This document shows positions 28,521 to 39,408 of a DNA stretch of 64,000 nt, in pieces (the first letter of the stretch is position 1; every line of letters begins with the position of its first letter). The notes below the pieces were generated by a model. It searched no databases. It worked only from the letters and a program-made list of their open reading frames with translations, and had not been told where the DNA came from. Source of the DNA: an uncultured delta proteobacterium (lineage in GTDB: Bacteria; Myxococcota_A; Polyangia; Polyangiales; Polyangiaceae); NCBI GenBank assembly GCA_963782055.1, contig CAWAIF010000002.1:160001-224000 (forward strand), given 5' to 3'. The position numbers and the translations under genes were made by a program.

Positions 28521-29324
28521 GTGCTTCACGGGTCCCGCGTCGTCGTGGTCGTGCCGGCGCTCGACGAGTCGCCGCGTATCGGGCGCGTGCTGCGCACCAT
28601 GCCGGCCGAGGTGGACCGCGTCGTCGTCGTGGACGACGGCAGCCGCGACGCCACGGCCGAGGTGGCGCGCGCGTCCGGCGACCCGCGCGTGGAGGTGGTG
28701 CGCCACCCGGCGCGCCGGGGCGTCGGGGCGGCCATCGTCACCGGCTACGAGCGCGCGCTGGAAGAAGCCGGCGGCCCGCGCGACGCCTTCGTCGTCATGG
28801 CCGGCGACGGCCAGATGGACGGACGCGATCTCCCCGCCCTCGTCGCCCCGCTGGCGCGCGGGGAGACCGGGTACGTCAAGGGCAACCGCTTCGCGTGGCA
28901 TGGCCGGACCCCCATGCCGCTGCCCCGACGCGTGGGCGGCGCCGTCTTCTCGCGCCTGACCTCCGCCGCGCTCGGCATGGCCATCCACGACAGCCAGTGT
29001 GGCTACACCGCCCTCGCGCGGTGGGCCGCCGCTCGCCTCGACCTCGCCGCCCTCTGGCGCGGCTACGGTTACCCGAACGATCTGCTCTCCCTCGTCACCT
29101 GCGCGGGCGTGGCCGTCGCCGAGGTGCCCGTTCGCCCCGTCTACGCCGGCGAGCCGAGCAAGCTCCACCCCCGGCACCTGCCGCGCATCGGCTGGATCGT
29201 GGCGCGGGCGTACGTGCGACGCCTGCAGACCCGGCAAAAGAGCGCCGCGGCGCCCGCGCCGCCGCCTCCAGAGATGCCTGCGGGCGGACCGGACCGCGCC
29301 CCTCCCGGCGCCGCCCTTTCGTGA
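28521..29324 (+). CDS. Glycosyltransferase family 2 (DPM1-like)
   Basis: VVVPALDE, VVDDGSRD, GVGAA, GDGQ, KGNRF, DSQCGY. Confidence 0.88.
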   Translation: MLHGSRVVVVVPALDESPRIGRVLRTMPAEVDRVVVVDDGSRDATAEVARASGDPRVEVVRHPARRGVGAAIVTGYERALEEAGGPRDAFVVMAGDGQMDGRDLPALVAPLARGETGYVKGNRFAWHGRTPMPLPRRVGGAVFSRLTSAALGMAIHDSQCGYTALARWAAARLDLAALWRGYGYPNDLLSLVTCAGVAVAEVPVRPVYAGEPSKLHPRHLPRIGWIVARAYVRRLQTRQKSAAAPAPPPPEMPAGGPDRAPPGAALS

Positions 29325-29437
29325 CTGGCAGCACCGGACAAGACGTACTACATTGCCCCCCTCTCGCCGCGGCGCCGGGGGCGCGAAGTCCCCGGGTCCC
29401 CGCGTGCGAGGCCCGGAAAAGAGTCAGGAGCAACGCG

Positions 29438-29815
29438 ATGCAAGGTGGTTATCCCCCTCCCCCGCCCGGTGGTTTCGGTCCTCCGCCCGGAGGCTATGGT
29501 CCCCCGCCCGGTGCCTACGGCAGCCCGCCGCCCGCCCCCGGCATGATGCAGCCGAACGCCCCGTACGGCATAGACCCGATGAGCGGCATCCCCTACTCCG
29601 ACAAGACCAAGATGGTCGCGGGCCTCCTGCAGATCTTCCTCGGCAGCTTCGGCGTCGGCCGCTTCTACCTCGGGTACACCGGCCTGGGCATCGCGCAGAT
29701 CGCCGCCGTGTGGCTCACCTGCGGCCTCGGCGCCGTGTGGCCGCTCATCGACGGCATCATGATGCTGACGGGCAAGGTCCCCGACGCCCAGGGCCGCCCG
29801 CTCCGCGACGGTTGA
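29438..29815 (+). CDS. TM2 domain protein with Pro/Gly-rich N-terminus
   Basis: AGGAG RBS, PPPGG repeats, KTKMVAGLLQIFLGSFGVGRFYLG. Confidence 0.85.
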   Translation: MQGGYPPPPPGGFGPPPGGYGPPPGAYGSPPPAPGMMQPNAPYGIDPMSGIPYSDKTKMVAGLLQIFLGSFGVGRFYLGYTGLGIAQIAAVWLTCGLGAVWPLIDGIMMLTGKVPDAQGRPLRDG

Positions 29816-29830
29816 CGCCCCCGCCGTCGC

Positions 29831-31045
29831 GTGGCTGACGGCCGGCAGATCCTCCACGTGGACATGGACGCGTTCTTCGCGTCCGTGGAGCAGCGCGACG
29901 ACCCGCGCCTGCGCGGCAAGCCCGTGCTCGTCGGCGGGCGCTCGCCGCGCTCCGTCGTGGCGGCCGCCTCCTACGAGGCGCGCCCCTTCGGCGTCCACTC
30001 GGCGATGCCCATGATGGAGGCCCTGCGCCGCTGTCCCCACGCCGTCGTCGTCGTGCCGAGCCGCGGCCGCTACGAGGAGGCGAGCCGCCACATCTTCGCC
30101 GTCTTCCAGCGCTACACCCCGCTCGTGGAGGGCCTCTCCATCGACGAGGCCTTCCTCGACGTCACCGCCAGCCGCGGCCTCTTCGGCGACGCTGCCGCCA
30201 TCGCCCGCCGCATCAAGGAGGACGTCCGTCGCGAGACCGAGCTCACAGCCTCCGCCGGCGTGGCGCACTGCAAGTTCGTGGCGAAGGTGGCGAGTGATCT
30301 GCGCAAGCCGGACGGCCTGGTCGTGGTCCCCGAGGCCGAGGCCCGCGCCTTCCTCGCGCCGCTCCCCATCGAGCGCATGTGGGGCGTCGGTCCGAAGACC
30401 TCCCCGCGCCTGCGCGAGCTCGGCTACCGCACCCTCGGCGATCTCGCCGCCGCCCGCCCGGCGGACCTCTCGCGTCTGCTGGGCGAGTGGGGCGCGCACG
30501 TCCACGCGCTGGCTCGCGGCGAGGACACACGCGAGGTGGATCCGCGCGGCGTCGCCAAGAGCATCGGCGCGGAGGAGACCTACGACCAGGACCTCACCAC
30601 GCGCGCGGAGGTGGAGCGCTGCCTGCTCGACCAGGCCTCCCGCGTCGCCCAGCGCCTCGTCGCCGAGGGCATGTCCGCCGACGTCGTCGTGGTGAAGCTC
30701 AAGTGGGCCGACTTCACGCTGCGCTCCCGGCAGCTGCAGCTAAGGCAGCCAGTGTGCGACACCCTCTCGCTCCACCGCGCCGCCGTCCACCTGCTCGATC
30801 GCTTCGACTTGCAGGGTGCACGCATCCGCCTGACGGGCGTCGCCGTGGGCGGTCTGCGGGAGGGCCCGCCGCCGCGCCTGCTCTTCGACGTGGGCGACGC
30901 GGAGCGTGGGCGCAAGCTGGAGGAGGTCACCGCCCGCATCGCCCAGAAGCTGGAGACCACCCTCACGCGCGCCGAGCTACTCGACAAGCCGCGCAGCCGC
31001 TCCGCCAACGCCGACACCACCCGTCACCGCAAGGACCGGCGCTAA
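29831..31045 (+). CDS. dinB: DNA polymerase IV
   Basis: HVDMDAFFASVEQ, SYEAR, SIDEAFLD, KPDG, WGVG. Confidence 0.95.
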   Translation: MADGRQILHVDMDAFFASVEQRDDPRLRGKPVLVGGRSPRSVVAAASYEARPFGVHSAMPMMEALRRCPHAVVVVPSRGRYEEASRHIFAVFQRYTPLVEGLSIDEAFLDVTASRGLFGDAAAIARRIKEDVRRETELTASAGVAHCKFVAKVASDLRKPDGLVVVPEAEARAFLAPLPIERMWGVGPKTSPRLRELGYRTLGDLAAARPADLSRLLGEWGAHVHALARGEDTREVDPRGVAKSIGAEETYDQDLTTRAEVERCLLDQASRVAQRLVAEGMSADVVVVKLKWADFTLRSRQLQLRQPVCDTLSLHRAAVHLLDRFDLQGARIRLTGVAVGGLREGPPPRLLFDVGDAERGRKLEEVTARIAQKLETTLTRAELLDKPRSRSANADTTRHRKDRR

Positions 31046-31046
31046 T

Positions 31047-32351
<1,305 letters not shown>

Positions 32352-32736
32352 GCTCACGCGGTTACCACAGACGCAGGCCGCGGAGCCCGCCGAACGCGAG
32401 GCGGAGCCCTCCCGCGTACAAATTAGGCATGGCTGCAACGCGCCTGCAAGATGCCGGAATTGTTGCGCAAATATCGCGCGGCCCCGACCGAGCTTCGCGC
32501 ATGGCTATTGACGGTCCGCGCGCCGGATGGTCTACCCGCAATCCAGCGGGGCGGAGGCATCTCGACCCTCCTCGCGCGCAGCGCGGGCCGGAGCCCATCG
32601 CCTTACCCTTTCTTTACCTAGGCTCTTGACTCTGAGGTGGGTAGCTCTGGCTCACAAAGCACGTATAGAGCGGCGCGCTGGCCTTCGTCTGCGGGACCCA
32701 CGCGCCTTTCTCACATCCACGAGGAGACATCGACAA

Positions 32737-32946
32737 ATGAAAAGAGTTCTTGGTTTGGCACTCGCGCTCGCCACGGCGGCTCCCGCCCTGGGCTGCGCTT
32801 ACGGCGACATCGCCACCACCCAGGACGGCACCAAGGTCGTCATTACGCGTCAGGACAGCTTCCTCTTCGGAGCTCTGCGCAAGGTGTTCGTGTGCAAGGT
32901 GACCGATGCGGGCGTTGCGGCCTGCAACGAGTCCGAGAGCCCGTGA
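32737..32946 (+). CDS. Small lipoprotein, tandem paralog 1 (69 aa)
   Basis: GAGGAG RBS, lipobox ALGC; near-identical to the next ORF. Confidence 0.8.
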   Translation: MKRVLGLALALATAAPALGCAYGDIATTQDGTKVVITRQDSFLFGALRKVFVCKVTDAGVAACNESESP

Positions 32947-32990
32947 CGCGGGTCTGACTTCCAAAGTTTGCTTTCCAAGGAGATTTTTCG

Positions 32991-33200
32991 ATGAAGAAGA
33001 TGACTGCTCTTGTGCTCGCCATCGCGACGCTGGCCCCGCTTGCGGGCGGCTGCGCGTACGGCGCCATTGCCACCGCGGGTAACGACAAGGTCGTGATCAC
33101 CCGCCAGGACAGCTTCCTGTTCGGCGCCCTCCGCAAGGTGTTCGTGTGCAAGGTGACGGACGCGGGCGCTGCCGCCTGCCAGTCGTCCGAGAGTCCCTGA
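32991..33200 (+). CDS. Small lipoprotein, tandem paralog 2 (69 aa)
   Basis: AAGGAG RBS, lipobox AGGC; shares 27 identical consecutive residues with paralog 1. Confidence 0.8.
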   Translation: MKKMTALVLAIATLAPLAGGCAYGAIATAGNDKVVITRQDSFLFGALRKVFVCKVTDAGAAACQSSESP

Positions 33201-33222
33201 GATTCGTCTCGGAGGAAACCCC

Positions 33223-33268
33223 ATCGCTTCGCGGATGCCGCAACCCGGCTCCGCGAGGCGATTTTTTT
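33223..33268 (+). terminator. Rho-independent terminator
   Basis: Long stem ATCGCTTCGCGGA...TCCGCGAGGCGAT followed by a T-run. Confidence 0.75.
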
Positions 33269-33279
33269 AGGAGGCACGA

Positions 33280-33738
33280 GTGAAGGCAAAGGTGCTGGCC
33301 GCGCACGCCCTCCTGGCGGCGAGCGCGCTCGCAGGCTGCCACACGTCGTCGTCGTCGTCGGAGAAGAAGCCCCCCGCGGCCGTCGAGTACGGCGCGCCCG
33401 TCGGCATCCAGTTCGGCGGCTCCGGAGGCCTCCCTGTCTTGCTCGCGGCCGCGGCGGCTCCCAAGAGCGAGCCCGCGCTCGACGACGCCGTCGTCCCCGA
33501 TCTCGCCACGGCGCTCTACGCCGCCGCCACGCACTGCCCGGACCTCATGACCGTCGTCGGCAACGGTGACGCTGTCTCGGTGCGCTTCGGGGTGGCGGGC
33601 GAGGTGCTCAAGAGCGGCGCAGAGGGCGACGACCCCGTCGGCAAGTGCATGGCGCAGGCCATGGATGGCAAGCACGTGAAGGGCCTGCACGGCAGCAGCG
33701 TGCTCATCCAGGTGATGGCGCAGCAGAAGAAACCATGA
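33280..33738 (+). CDS. Hypothetical lipoprotein
   Basis: AGGAGG RBS, lipobox LAGC, two further Cys. Confidence 0.7.
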   Translation: MKAKVLAAHALLAASALAGCHTSSSSSEKKPPAAVEYGAPVGIQFGGSGGLPVLLAAAAAPKSEPALDDAVVPDLATALYAAATHCPDLMTVVGNGDAVSVRFGVAGEVLKSGAEGDDPVGKCMAQAMDGKHVKGLHGSSVLIQVMAQQKKP

Positions 33739-34484
33739 GCGTTCGCGCCGCCGGCGTCGTCCTCGCCTTCGTCCTCTTGCCCGCGGTCGCCCTGGCAGCC
33801 GACCCGGTCGCGCTGGACGCCGGCGTGGCCGCGGCGAACCCGCCGGCGCTCGACGCCGGCGCCGCCCCCGATCTCGACGCGGCTCCCGCGAGCGACGCGG
33901 CCCCGACCGACAGCGACGCGGGGGCTCCCACCGCCGCGACGGCAGCGCCGGCGGCGACGGCCGTGATGGCCGCGGATGCCGGCGTCGCCGCCCCCGCCGC
34001 GGACGCCGGCGCGCCCGCCGCCCCGCCGCCACCCATCGTCAAGGCGCCCCCGCCGCAGGGGCAGAGCGTCAACGCCTTCTACAAGGCCAACACCTGGGAC
34101 CTGAACGTGGAGGGCGCGTTCGGCTACTCCGCCGCAGGTCCGGGCCACATCATGGGCATGGGACGCGTGCGCGCAGGCGTGATGCTGGCGCGCTGGCCGA
34201 CCTTCCTGATGTTCGGCGCGACGTACGAGATCAGCAACCTCTCGCTGGCGACCTTCGGCCTGCAGGCGGAGCTGATGAGCCTCGCCGTCGGCTTCTGGGG
34301 ACAGGTGGGCGCGATGATCGACACCAGCGCGCACGTGGGCGGCATGGTCTCGGTGGGCTGGAGCATCCTCGGCGTGGAGGGCCAGTACCGGGGCTTCGAC
34401 GACGACGGCTACGGCTTCGTCGTCCTCGGCAAGATCCGCATCCCGATCGGCTTCATCGCCTACGCCTTCTCCAAGTCGAAGTGA
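33735..34484 (+). CDS. Secreted protein with Ala/Pro (DAG-repeat) linker and probable small beta-barrel
   Basis: ATGA overlap, signal peptide, low-complexity linker, amphipathic beta strands. Confidence 0.65.
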   Translation: MSVRAAGVVLAFVLLPAVALAADPVALDAGVAAANPPALDAGAAPDLDAAPASDAAPTDSDAGAPTAATAAPAATAVMAADAGVAAPAADAGAPAAPPPPIVKAPPPQGQSVNAFYKANTWDLNVEGAFGYSAAGPGHIMGMGRVRAGVMLARWPTFLMFGATYEISNLSLATFGLQAELMSLAVGFWGQVGAMIDTSAHVGGMVSVGWSILGVEGQYRGFDDDGYGFVVLGKIRIPIGFIAYAFSKSK

Positions 34485-34563
34485 CGGCGGGGCCGAGCGC
34501 CGCCCGCCCGATCGTCCGCGTGCTCGCGATCGGACGGGCGCTCCTGCGGCGGCGGGCGCCGGC

Positions 34564-34641
34564 TCAGGCGGACGTGCGGTGGGCGATGAACGCCATCACG
34601 TAGATGGCGAAGACGATGGCCAGGGTCTCGGTGGGGCTCAT
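34564..34641 (-). CDS. Putative 25-aa single-TM microprotein, absent from the ORF track
   Basis: AGGAGG 7 nt upstream of ATG; MSPTETLAIVFAIYVMAFIAHRTSA; every sense codon ends in G or C. Confidence 0.6.
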   Translation of the reverse strand: MSPTETLAIVFAIYVMAFIAHRTSA

Positions 34642-34735
34642 GGGCCACCTCCTGTGTCTGCGGTTCGTGTGCAGACTGCACGTATCGCGTGGCGAACAAG
34701 GAGGCGCCGCGTGAACTCGACGTGACGAACCGCCG

Positions 34736-35656
34736 TCAGGCCCCGCGGAGCACCCGGTCGTGCCAGAGCAGCATCTCGTACGCCCCCGGCCCGCGGTTGA
34801 AGGGGTAGTCGTGGGGGCCAGGCAGCTCGGCGAAGTCGTGCGCGATGCCCGCCTCGGTCCACGCGTGATCCAGCTTGTTCACCACGCGCCGGTAGTAGTC
34901 CTCGTGGCTGGTGGTCAGGCGCAGGGCGAGATCTTTGCGACGTGCGCGCGCCGCGCGGCAGAGATCGGTCAGCTCGCGCACCCGCTCGTCGCCGATGGCC
35001 GGCTGCAGCGCGCCGACGGCGCCGAAGGTCTCCGGCATGGCCAGGCCGGCGCGCAGGGCGATCGCCCCACCGAGAGAGACGCCGTCGATGCCCGTCGACT
35101 CGGGGGCGGCGAGCGCGGGCGTCTCCTTGCGCACCCGCGGCAGGAGCACCTCGGCGAGGAAGCGGCCGTAGCCGAGCACATCCTCGTCCTTCTCGAGATC
35201 GAGGTCCGGCACGTACGGGCACGCGACGATGAGCCCGCGCAGCGGCCGGGAGGCGAGGGAGCGGTTCACCTCGGCGAGGTGGTCAGGCTCGACGAAGCCC
35301 TCGAAATCGTCCGCCGTGAGCGGGGGCGCACATGCGCGGGAGATGGCGCGGCGCAGCGCGTAGTCGCGCGGCCAGCCGAGGGCGCCCTCCTCCGGGTCCT
35401 TGAGCGCCTCGCCGCGGCCGTGCAGCGCGACGAGCACCGGGAAGCGCGCCGACGGGCTCCACGCGGGGACGATGACCGCGGCGCGCGTGGAGACGCCCTG
35501 CAGCGACCACTCCAGCAGCTGCGTCGTGCCGCGCTCCGGGACCGGGAAGGGGGCGGGCTCCGGCGGCGGGGCGGAGGCCGCGGCGGCGTGCGTCTCGCGG
35601 CGCGAGCACGCGAGCAGCGACGCGAGCCCGGCGAGCAAGCCTCGCCGGGAGAGCAT
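34736..35656 (-). CDS. Esterase-family alpha/beta hydrolase, probable Tat lipoprotein
   Basis: SRRGLL twin-Arg and LLAC, ALHGRGE, GVSLGG nucleophile elbow, PGPHDY. Confidence 0.82.
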   Translation of the reverse strand: MLSRRGLLAGLASLLACSRRETHAAAASAPPPEPAPFPVPERGTTQLLEWSLQGVSTRAAVIVPAWSPSARFPVLVALHGRGEALKDPEEGALGWPRDYALRRAISRACAPPLTADDFEGFVEPDHLAEVNRSLASRPLRGLIVACPYVPDLDLEKDEDVLGYGRFLAEVLLPRVRKETPALAAPESTGIDGVSLGGAIALRAGLAMPETFGAVGALQPAIGDERVRELTDLCRAARARRKDLALRLTTSHEDYYRRVVNKLDHAWTEAGIAHDFAELPGPHDYPFNRGPGAYEMLLWHDRVLRGA

Positions 35657-36051
35657 CAGCCGTCGTCGTCCGGGATGCGAGGCGCCTCCCCGGTGGCCTG
35701 CTTCACCAGATCGGCGAGCGTCGGGTCCGTCGCCATGCGATCGCGCAGCAGCGTGCGGATGTCGTCGAGCTGCGCGGGTGTGACGCCGCGCAGGTGGACG
35801 GTGGCCTCCTGCACCTTCTGGTCGAGGTAGCCGTCCATGTCGATCTTCCCCGCCTTGAGCTGCTCGAGCGGGGAGGCGCCGGCGGCGTGCACCTGACCGG
35901 CCTGCGCGGCGGACGAGGCGTGCTCGGCCGCGGGCTTGGCGCCGGGCTTCTCCGCCTCGAAGGGGCGGCCCGTCTTCTGCGCGCCGGAGGCGCCGGGGGT
36001 CGCCCCCGGAGGGGGCGCCGAGCCACCTTTGCCGATGCGATCGATGCCCAT
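35656..36051 (-). CDS. Hypothetical protein
   Basis: MGIDRIGKGG start, disordered N-terminus, helical C-terminus; its stop overlaps the esterase ATG. Confidence 0.65.
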   Translation of the reverse strand: MGIDRIGKGGSAPPPGATPGASGAQKTGRPFEAEKPGAKPAAEHASSAAQAGQVHAAGASPLEQLKAGKIDMDGYLDQKVQEATVHLRGVTPAQLDDIRTLLRDRMATDPTLADLVKQATGEAPRIPDDDG

Positions 36052-36117
36052 GCGAAACCTTTCTACCACAGCGGCCGCGGGCGCGCCGCGGCTGTCGAAG
36101 GCGCGGCGCGCCGGCCC

Positions 36118-36621
36118 TCAGCGGATGTTGCCGATCGCGTTCTTCACGGTGTCGTGCTCGGCCTTCATCACGTTGGAGAGCGTCGTGAAGGTGCGGTTCT
36201 GGGCGTCCACCTGCTGCTGGATCTGCAGGTAGTAGAGGTTCATCTCCTGCGCCTGCTGGAGCGAGCCCTGGATGCCGCCATCAGCGCCGGTGCCGGTCGC
36301 GCCGCCCGCGGCCGACCCGCCGCCGTCGAGGCCGGAGGCCATCGGGCCCTCGGGCGCCGATGCGCCGGCCCCCATGTTGCCTGCGCCGCTCATCGTCTGC
36401 GTCGGCCCGCCGATGAACCCGCTGGCGCCGCCGCGCAGGGCGGTCGCCACGAGCGGGCCGCCCGGCAGGACGTTCATCGCCGCCTCGGCCCCGGCGACGA
36501 GGGTCTGCGCGCCACGGGCGAGCACCTCGCCGAAGTTGACGCGGATGGGCTTGGGTGTGGGCCGCGGCGCGCTCTGCACGCCGACGACGTCCGGCCGAAA
36601 GGGGGGAATGCGGTTGTCCAT
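36118..36621 (-). CDS. Hypothetical protein with type III needle/filament-like C-terminal helix
   Basis: C-terminus LQIQQQVDAQNRTFTTLSNVMKAEHDTVKNAIGNIR; Gly/Ala-rich middle. Confidence 0.65.
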   Translation of the reverse strand: MDNRIPPFRPDVVGVQSAPRPTPKPIRVNFGEVLARGAQTLVAGAEAAMNVLPGGPLVATALRGGASGFIGGPTQTMSGAGNMGAGASAPEGPMASGLDGGGSAAGGATGTGADGGIQGSLQQAQEMNLYYLQIQQQVDAQNRTFTTLSNVMKAEHDTVKNAIGNIR

Positions 36622-36720
36622 GGGTTCCTCGCTTGGGCCCGACGGGTGACGGGCCGTTCGTGGTCCCTTCGGCCCCGTGTTTGGGGAGGTTTCGCGAAAA
36701 AGCGGTATTGTGGAGGCCTC

Positions 36721-38577
36721 ATGGCGGAGCGCACACCCGACTACCAGCCCGGGCAGATGATCCCCGGCACGGTCTACCGGGTGCACCGCGTGCTCGGCGC
36801 GGGGGGCATGGGGACCGTCTACGACGTCGAGGACACGACCATCGGCAAGCGCTACGTCCTCAAGACCCTGCACGGCGACCTCGCCGACCGGGCCGACCTC
36901 GCCGCGCGCCTGGCGCGGGAGGCGCGGGCGCTGGCCAAGCTGCAGCACCCCAACATCGTGGAGGTGTACACCTCCGGCACGACGCAGGACACGCTGCGCC
37001 TGCCCTATTACGTGATGGAGCGGCTGCAGGGGCAGAGCCTGCGCGTCGCGCTGGAGCGCAAGGGGCGGCTGACGCTGGAGCAGTCGTACGACATCGCCAT
37101 CGACCTGCTCGACGCGCTGGACCACGCGCACGAGTTCGGCATCGTGCACCGCGACGTGAAGCCGGACAACCTCTTCATCACCCGCGGGCGGGACGGGCGC
37201 GCGCTCGCGAAGCTGCTGGACTTCGGCATCATCAAGCTGGCCACGGGCAGCACGCAGCACACCGGCGGGCGGTTCATCGGGACCTTCCGCTACGCGCCGC
37301 CGGAGCAGATCCTCGGCCGGGACGTGACCGCGCAGAGCGACCTCTACGCCGCCGGCCTGGTGCTCTACGAGATGCTCGCCGGACGCGGGCCGTTCGACGA
37401 CTTCGCCGGGGAGGTGGAGATCGGCAAGGCGCACATCGACGTGCAGCCGCCGCCGCTATCGCGCTTCGTGCAGGTGCCGCCGGAGGTGGAGCGCCTCGTC
37501 GCGTCGTCGCTCGACAAGAAGCCGGAGAACCGGCCGAAGGACGCGTTCTCCTTCGCGTCCGCCCTGCGCGAGCTGAAGAAGCAGCTCGCGTCGCGGGTGA
37601 AGGACGTGGGCGCCCAGGCGACGGTGGAGCAGGTCGTCACGCAGACGCCCGCGTCGTCCGCGCAGCCGCCGCGGCCGATGGTCACGTCGGGGACGCTCGG
37701 GCGCACCGGGACGATGCGCATGGACGTCGTCCCGCTCTCCGGTCCGGACACCCGGCTGGAGTCGCCCGCGGCGATCCACGCGGCCACCTCGCCCGGGCCG
37801 CCGGTGAGCGGGCCGGCGTCGCCTCGCCTGGCGCACACCGCGGACTACGGCACGCCGCTCCCTCCCGGCGCCACCGTGGCGGAGGCGCCGCAGACGATGA
37901 CCCACGCGCCCGCCTCGGCGCAGCCCTTCGTGCTGGGCCACGGGCCCGGCGTCGACCGCAACGCCGAGACGCGCGCGTCGGCGCCGCTGCCGGCATCGAT
38001 GCAGCGGCCCAGCAGCGACACCGCGGCGATCCCGCTGGTCTCGGCGCGCTCGCCGTCGCCGTCGTCGCCGCCGGAGTATCAGGCGCCGGTGCAGCAGGCG
38101 GAGACCTTCGGCGCACAGACGACCGACGCCCCCGCCCGGCGTCGCGGCGCGAGCGGCGGTCTCGTCGCCGCGCTGATCGGGGTGCTGGTGCTCGTCGGGG
38201 CGGGGATCACCGGGCTGGTCGTGTGGAAGCACTCGCGGACGGAGGAGACCTCGCCGGGCGACACGGCGAGCGTGACCAGCGTGGAGACGCCCCCCGCATC
38301 CAGCGCGTCGGCCGCACCCGTGGAGGCGACGGCGTCGGCCGCATCCGTGGAGGCGACGGCATCGGCGGCGGAGAGCGCCACGCCCGCGTTGCTCCCGGCG
38401 GCGCACGGCGCGTCACCCGCCTCCGCGGCGCCGCACGCCACGGCCGCGCCGGCCGTCAAGCATCCCGTCACGCCGCCGCCGGTGGCGACGTCGCACGCGC
38501 ACCCGCACGCCACCGCCACGTCAACGGGAGGCGGTGCGCCGACGGCGACCGTCCACCGGCCCGGGTCGGGCCTGTGA
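36721..38577 (+). CDS. Membrane Ser/Thr protein kinase (Hanks type)
   Basis: GGAGG RBS, GAGGMG, VLK, HRDVKPDN, DFG, YAPPE, then TM helix and low-complexity tail. Confidence 0.92.
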   Translation: MAERTPDYQPGQMIPGTVYRVHRVLGAGGMGTVYDVEDTTIGKRYVLKTLHGDLADRADLAARLAREARALAKLQHPNIVEVYTSGTTQDTLRLPYYVMERLQGQSLRVALERKGRLTLEQSYDIAIDLLDALDHAHEFGIVHRDVKPDNLFITRGRDGRALAKLLDFGIIKLATGSTQHTGGRFIGTFRYAPPEQILGRDVTAQSDLYAAGLVLYEMLAGRGPFDDFAGEVEIGKAHIDVQPPPLSRFVQVPPEVERLVASSLDKKPENRPKDAFSFASALRELKKQLASRVKDVGAQATVEQVVTQTPASSAQPPRPMVTSGTLGRTGTMRMDVVPLSGPDTRLESPAAIHAATSPGPPVSGPASPRLAHTADYGTPLPPGATVAEAPQTMTHAPASAQPFVLGHGPGVDRNAETRASAPLPASMQRPSSDTAAIPLVSARSPSPSSPPEYQAPVQQAETFGAQTTDAPARRRGASGGLVAALIGVLVLVGAGITGLVVWKHSRTEETSPGDTASVTSVETPPASSASAAPVEATASAASVEATASAAESATPALLPAAHGASPASAAPHATAAPAVKHPVTPPPVATSHAHPHATATSTGGGAPTATVHRPGSGL

Positions 38578-39408
38578 GGGGCGCATCTCCTTGAGGTAGG
38601 CGTCGACCTTCTCGCGCCGGCGCCACGTCACGGCGGCCACCGCGCGGGCCCTGAGGTCCGGCCCCAGGCTGCGCGCGCGCGCGAGGGTGGCGCGCGCCAC
38701 GTCCATGTCGTGGATCTCGCCGAGGCGCTTCTGGAAGCGTGCGGCAGGCGCCGCCATCGCCGCGACGTCGGAGGGGAGGGCGTCGCCCAGCAGCTCGGTC
38801 GTGTAGCGCAGGCCCTTGTAGGCGATGCGCAGCTGATGGAGGCCGGCGACATCGTCGGTCTCCACGTCGCGCCGCTTCTCCACCTCCCGGCGGGCGCGCT
38901 CGGCGGCGCGGCGGGCGAAATCGGCGAGGGGCACGCGGCGCCTGGGCGGCACCGGCAGGGCGATCATCGCGCGGAGCAGGCGCAGGGCGCGGCGCAGGAT
39001 GCCCGTGCGCAGGCGCTGGAGCATCGCCCGGCGCAGCACCTCCTCCCGGGCGGCGCGGCGCCGCACCCACTCGCCGAAGGCGGGGTCGGCGATGTGCAGG
39101 GTGCCGAAGGTCTCGCGCAGCACCTCCTCGTCCCGCAGCGCGCCGCTGGCGCGGTGCACGTGCGTGAGCAGGGCGCGCACGGCATCGGCGTGGAAGCGGC
39201 CGTAGACGGGGCGCGCGAGCTTGAGCAGGACGCGCATGCGGCGGATGACGACGCGCATGTCGTGGATGGCCTCGTCGTCGTCGCTCGTCATCACGCGGGG
39301 GAGCGTCGCCTCCAGCTCGAGGGCGAGACGGCGGAAGCGCGCGGCGAGGAAGGGGCCCGTCGCCGCGGCCCGGACCGGACGCGGGCGAGGTGCCACGCGG
39401 GGGCTCAC
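38521..39408 (-). CDS. CHAD domain protein
   Basis: AIHDMRVVIRR, LRDEEV, LHQLRIAYKGLRY, LGEIHD. GTG start overlaps the rnj stop. Confidence 0.85.
   Translation of the reverse strand: MSPRVAPRPRPVRAAATGPFLAARFRRLALELEATLPRVMTSDDDEAIHDMRVVIRRMRVLLKLARPVYGRFHADAVRALLTHVHRASGALRDEEVLRETFGTLHIADPAFGEWVRRRAAREEVLRRAMLQRLRTGILRRALRLLRAMIALPVPPRRRVPLADFARRAAERARREVEKRRDVETDDVAGLHQLRIAYKGLRYTTELLGDALPSDVAAMAAPAARFQKRLGEIHDMDVARATLARARSLGPDLRARAVAAVTWRRREKVDAYLKEMRPSQARPGPVDGRRRRTASR

Noticed and set aside
32352..32736. Possible riboswitch or sRNA between purB and the lipoprotein pair
   Set aside because: Long intergenic region with TTGAC-like hexamers, but I could not recognise any RNA family consensus. 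An Rfam/Infernal scan would be needed.
38300..38370. Direct repeats (VEATASAA x2; also GCCGACACGGCGGTCGCG x2 near 63243-63297)
   Set aside because: Short in-frame duplications in low-complexity kinase linkers.
38521..38577. 57-nt 3' overlap between the kinase and CHAD genes
   Set aside because: Convergent tail overlaps are common in high-GC genomes; no evidence of function.
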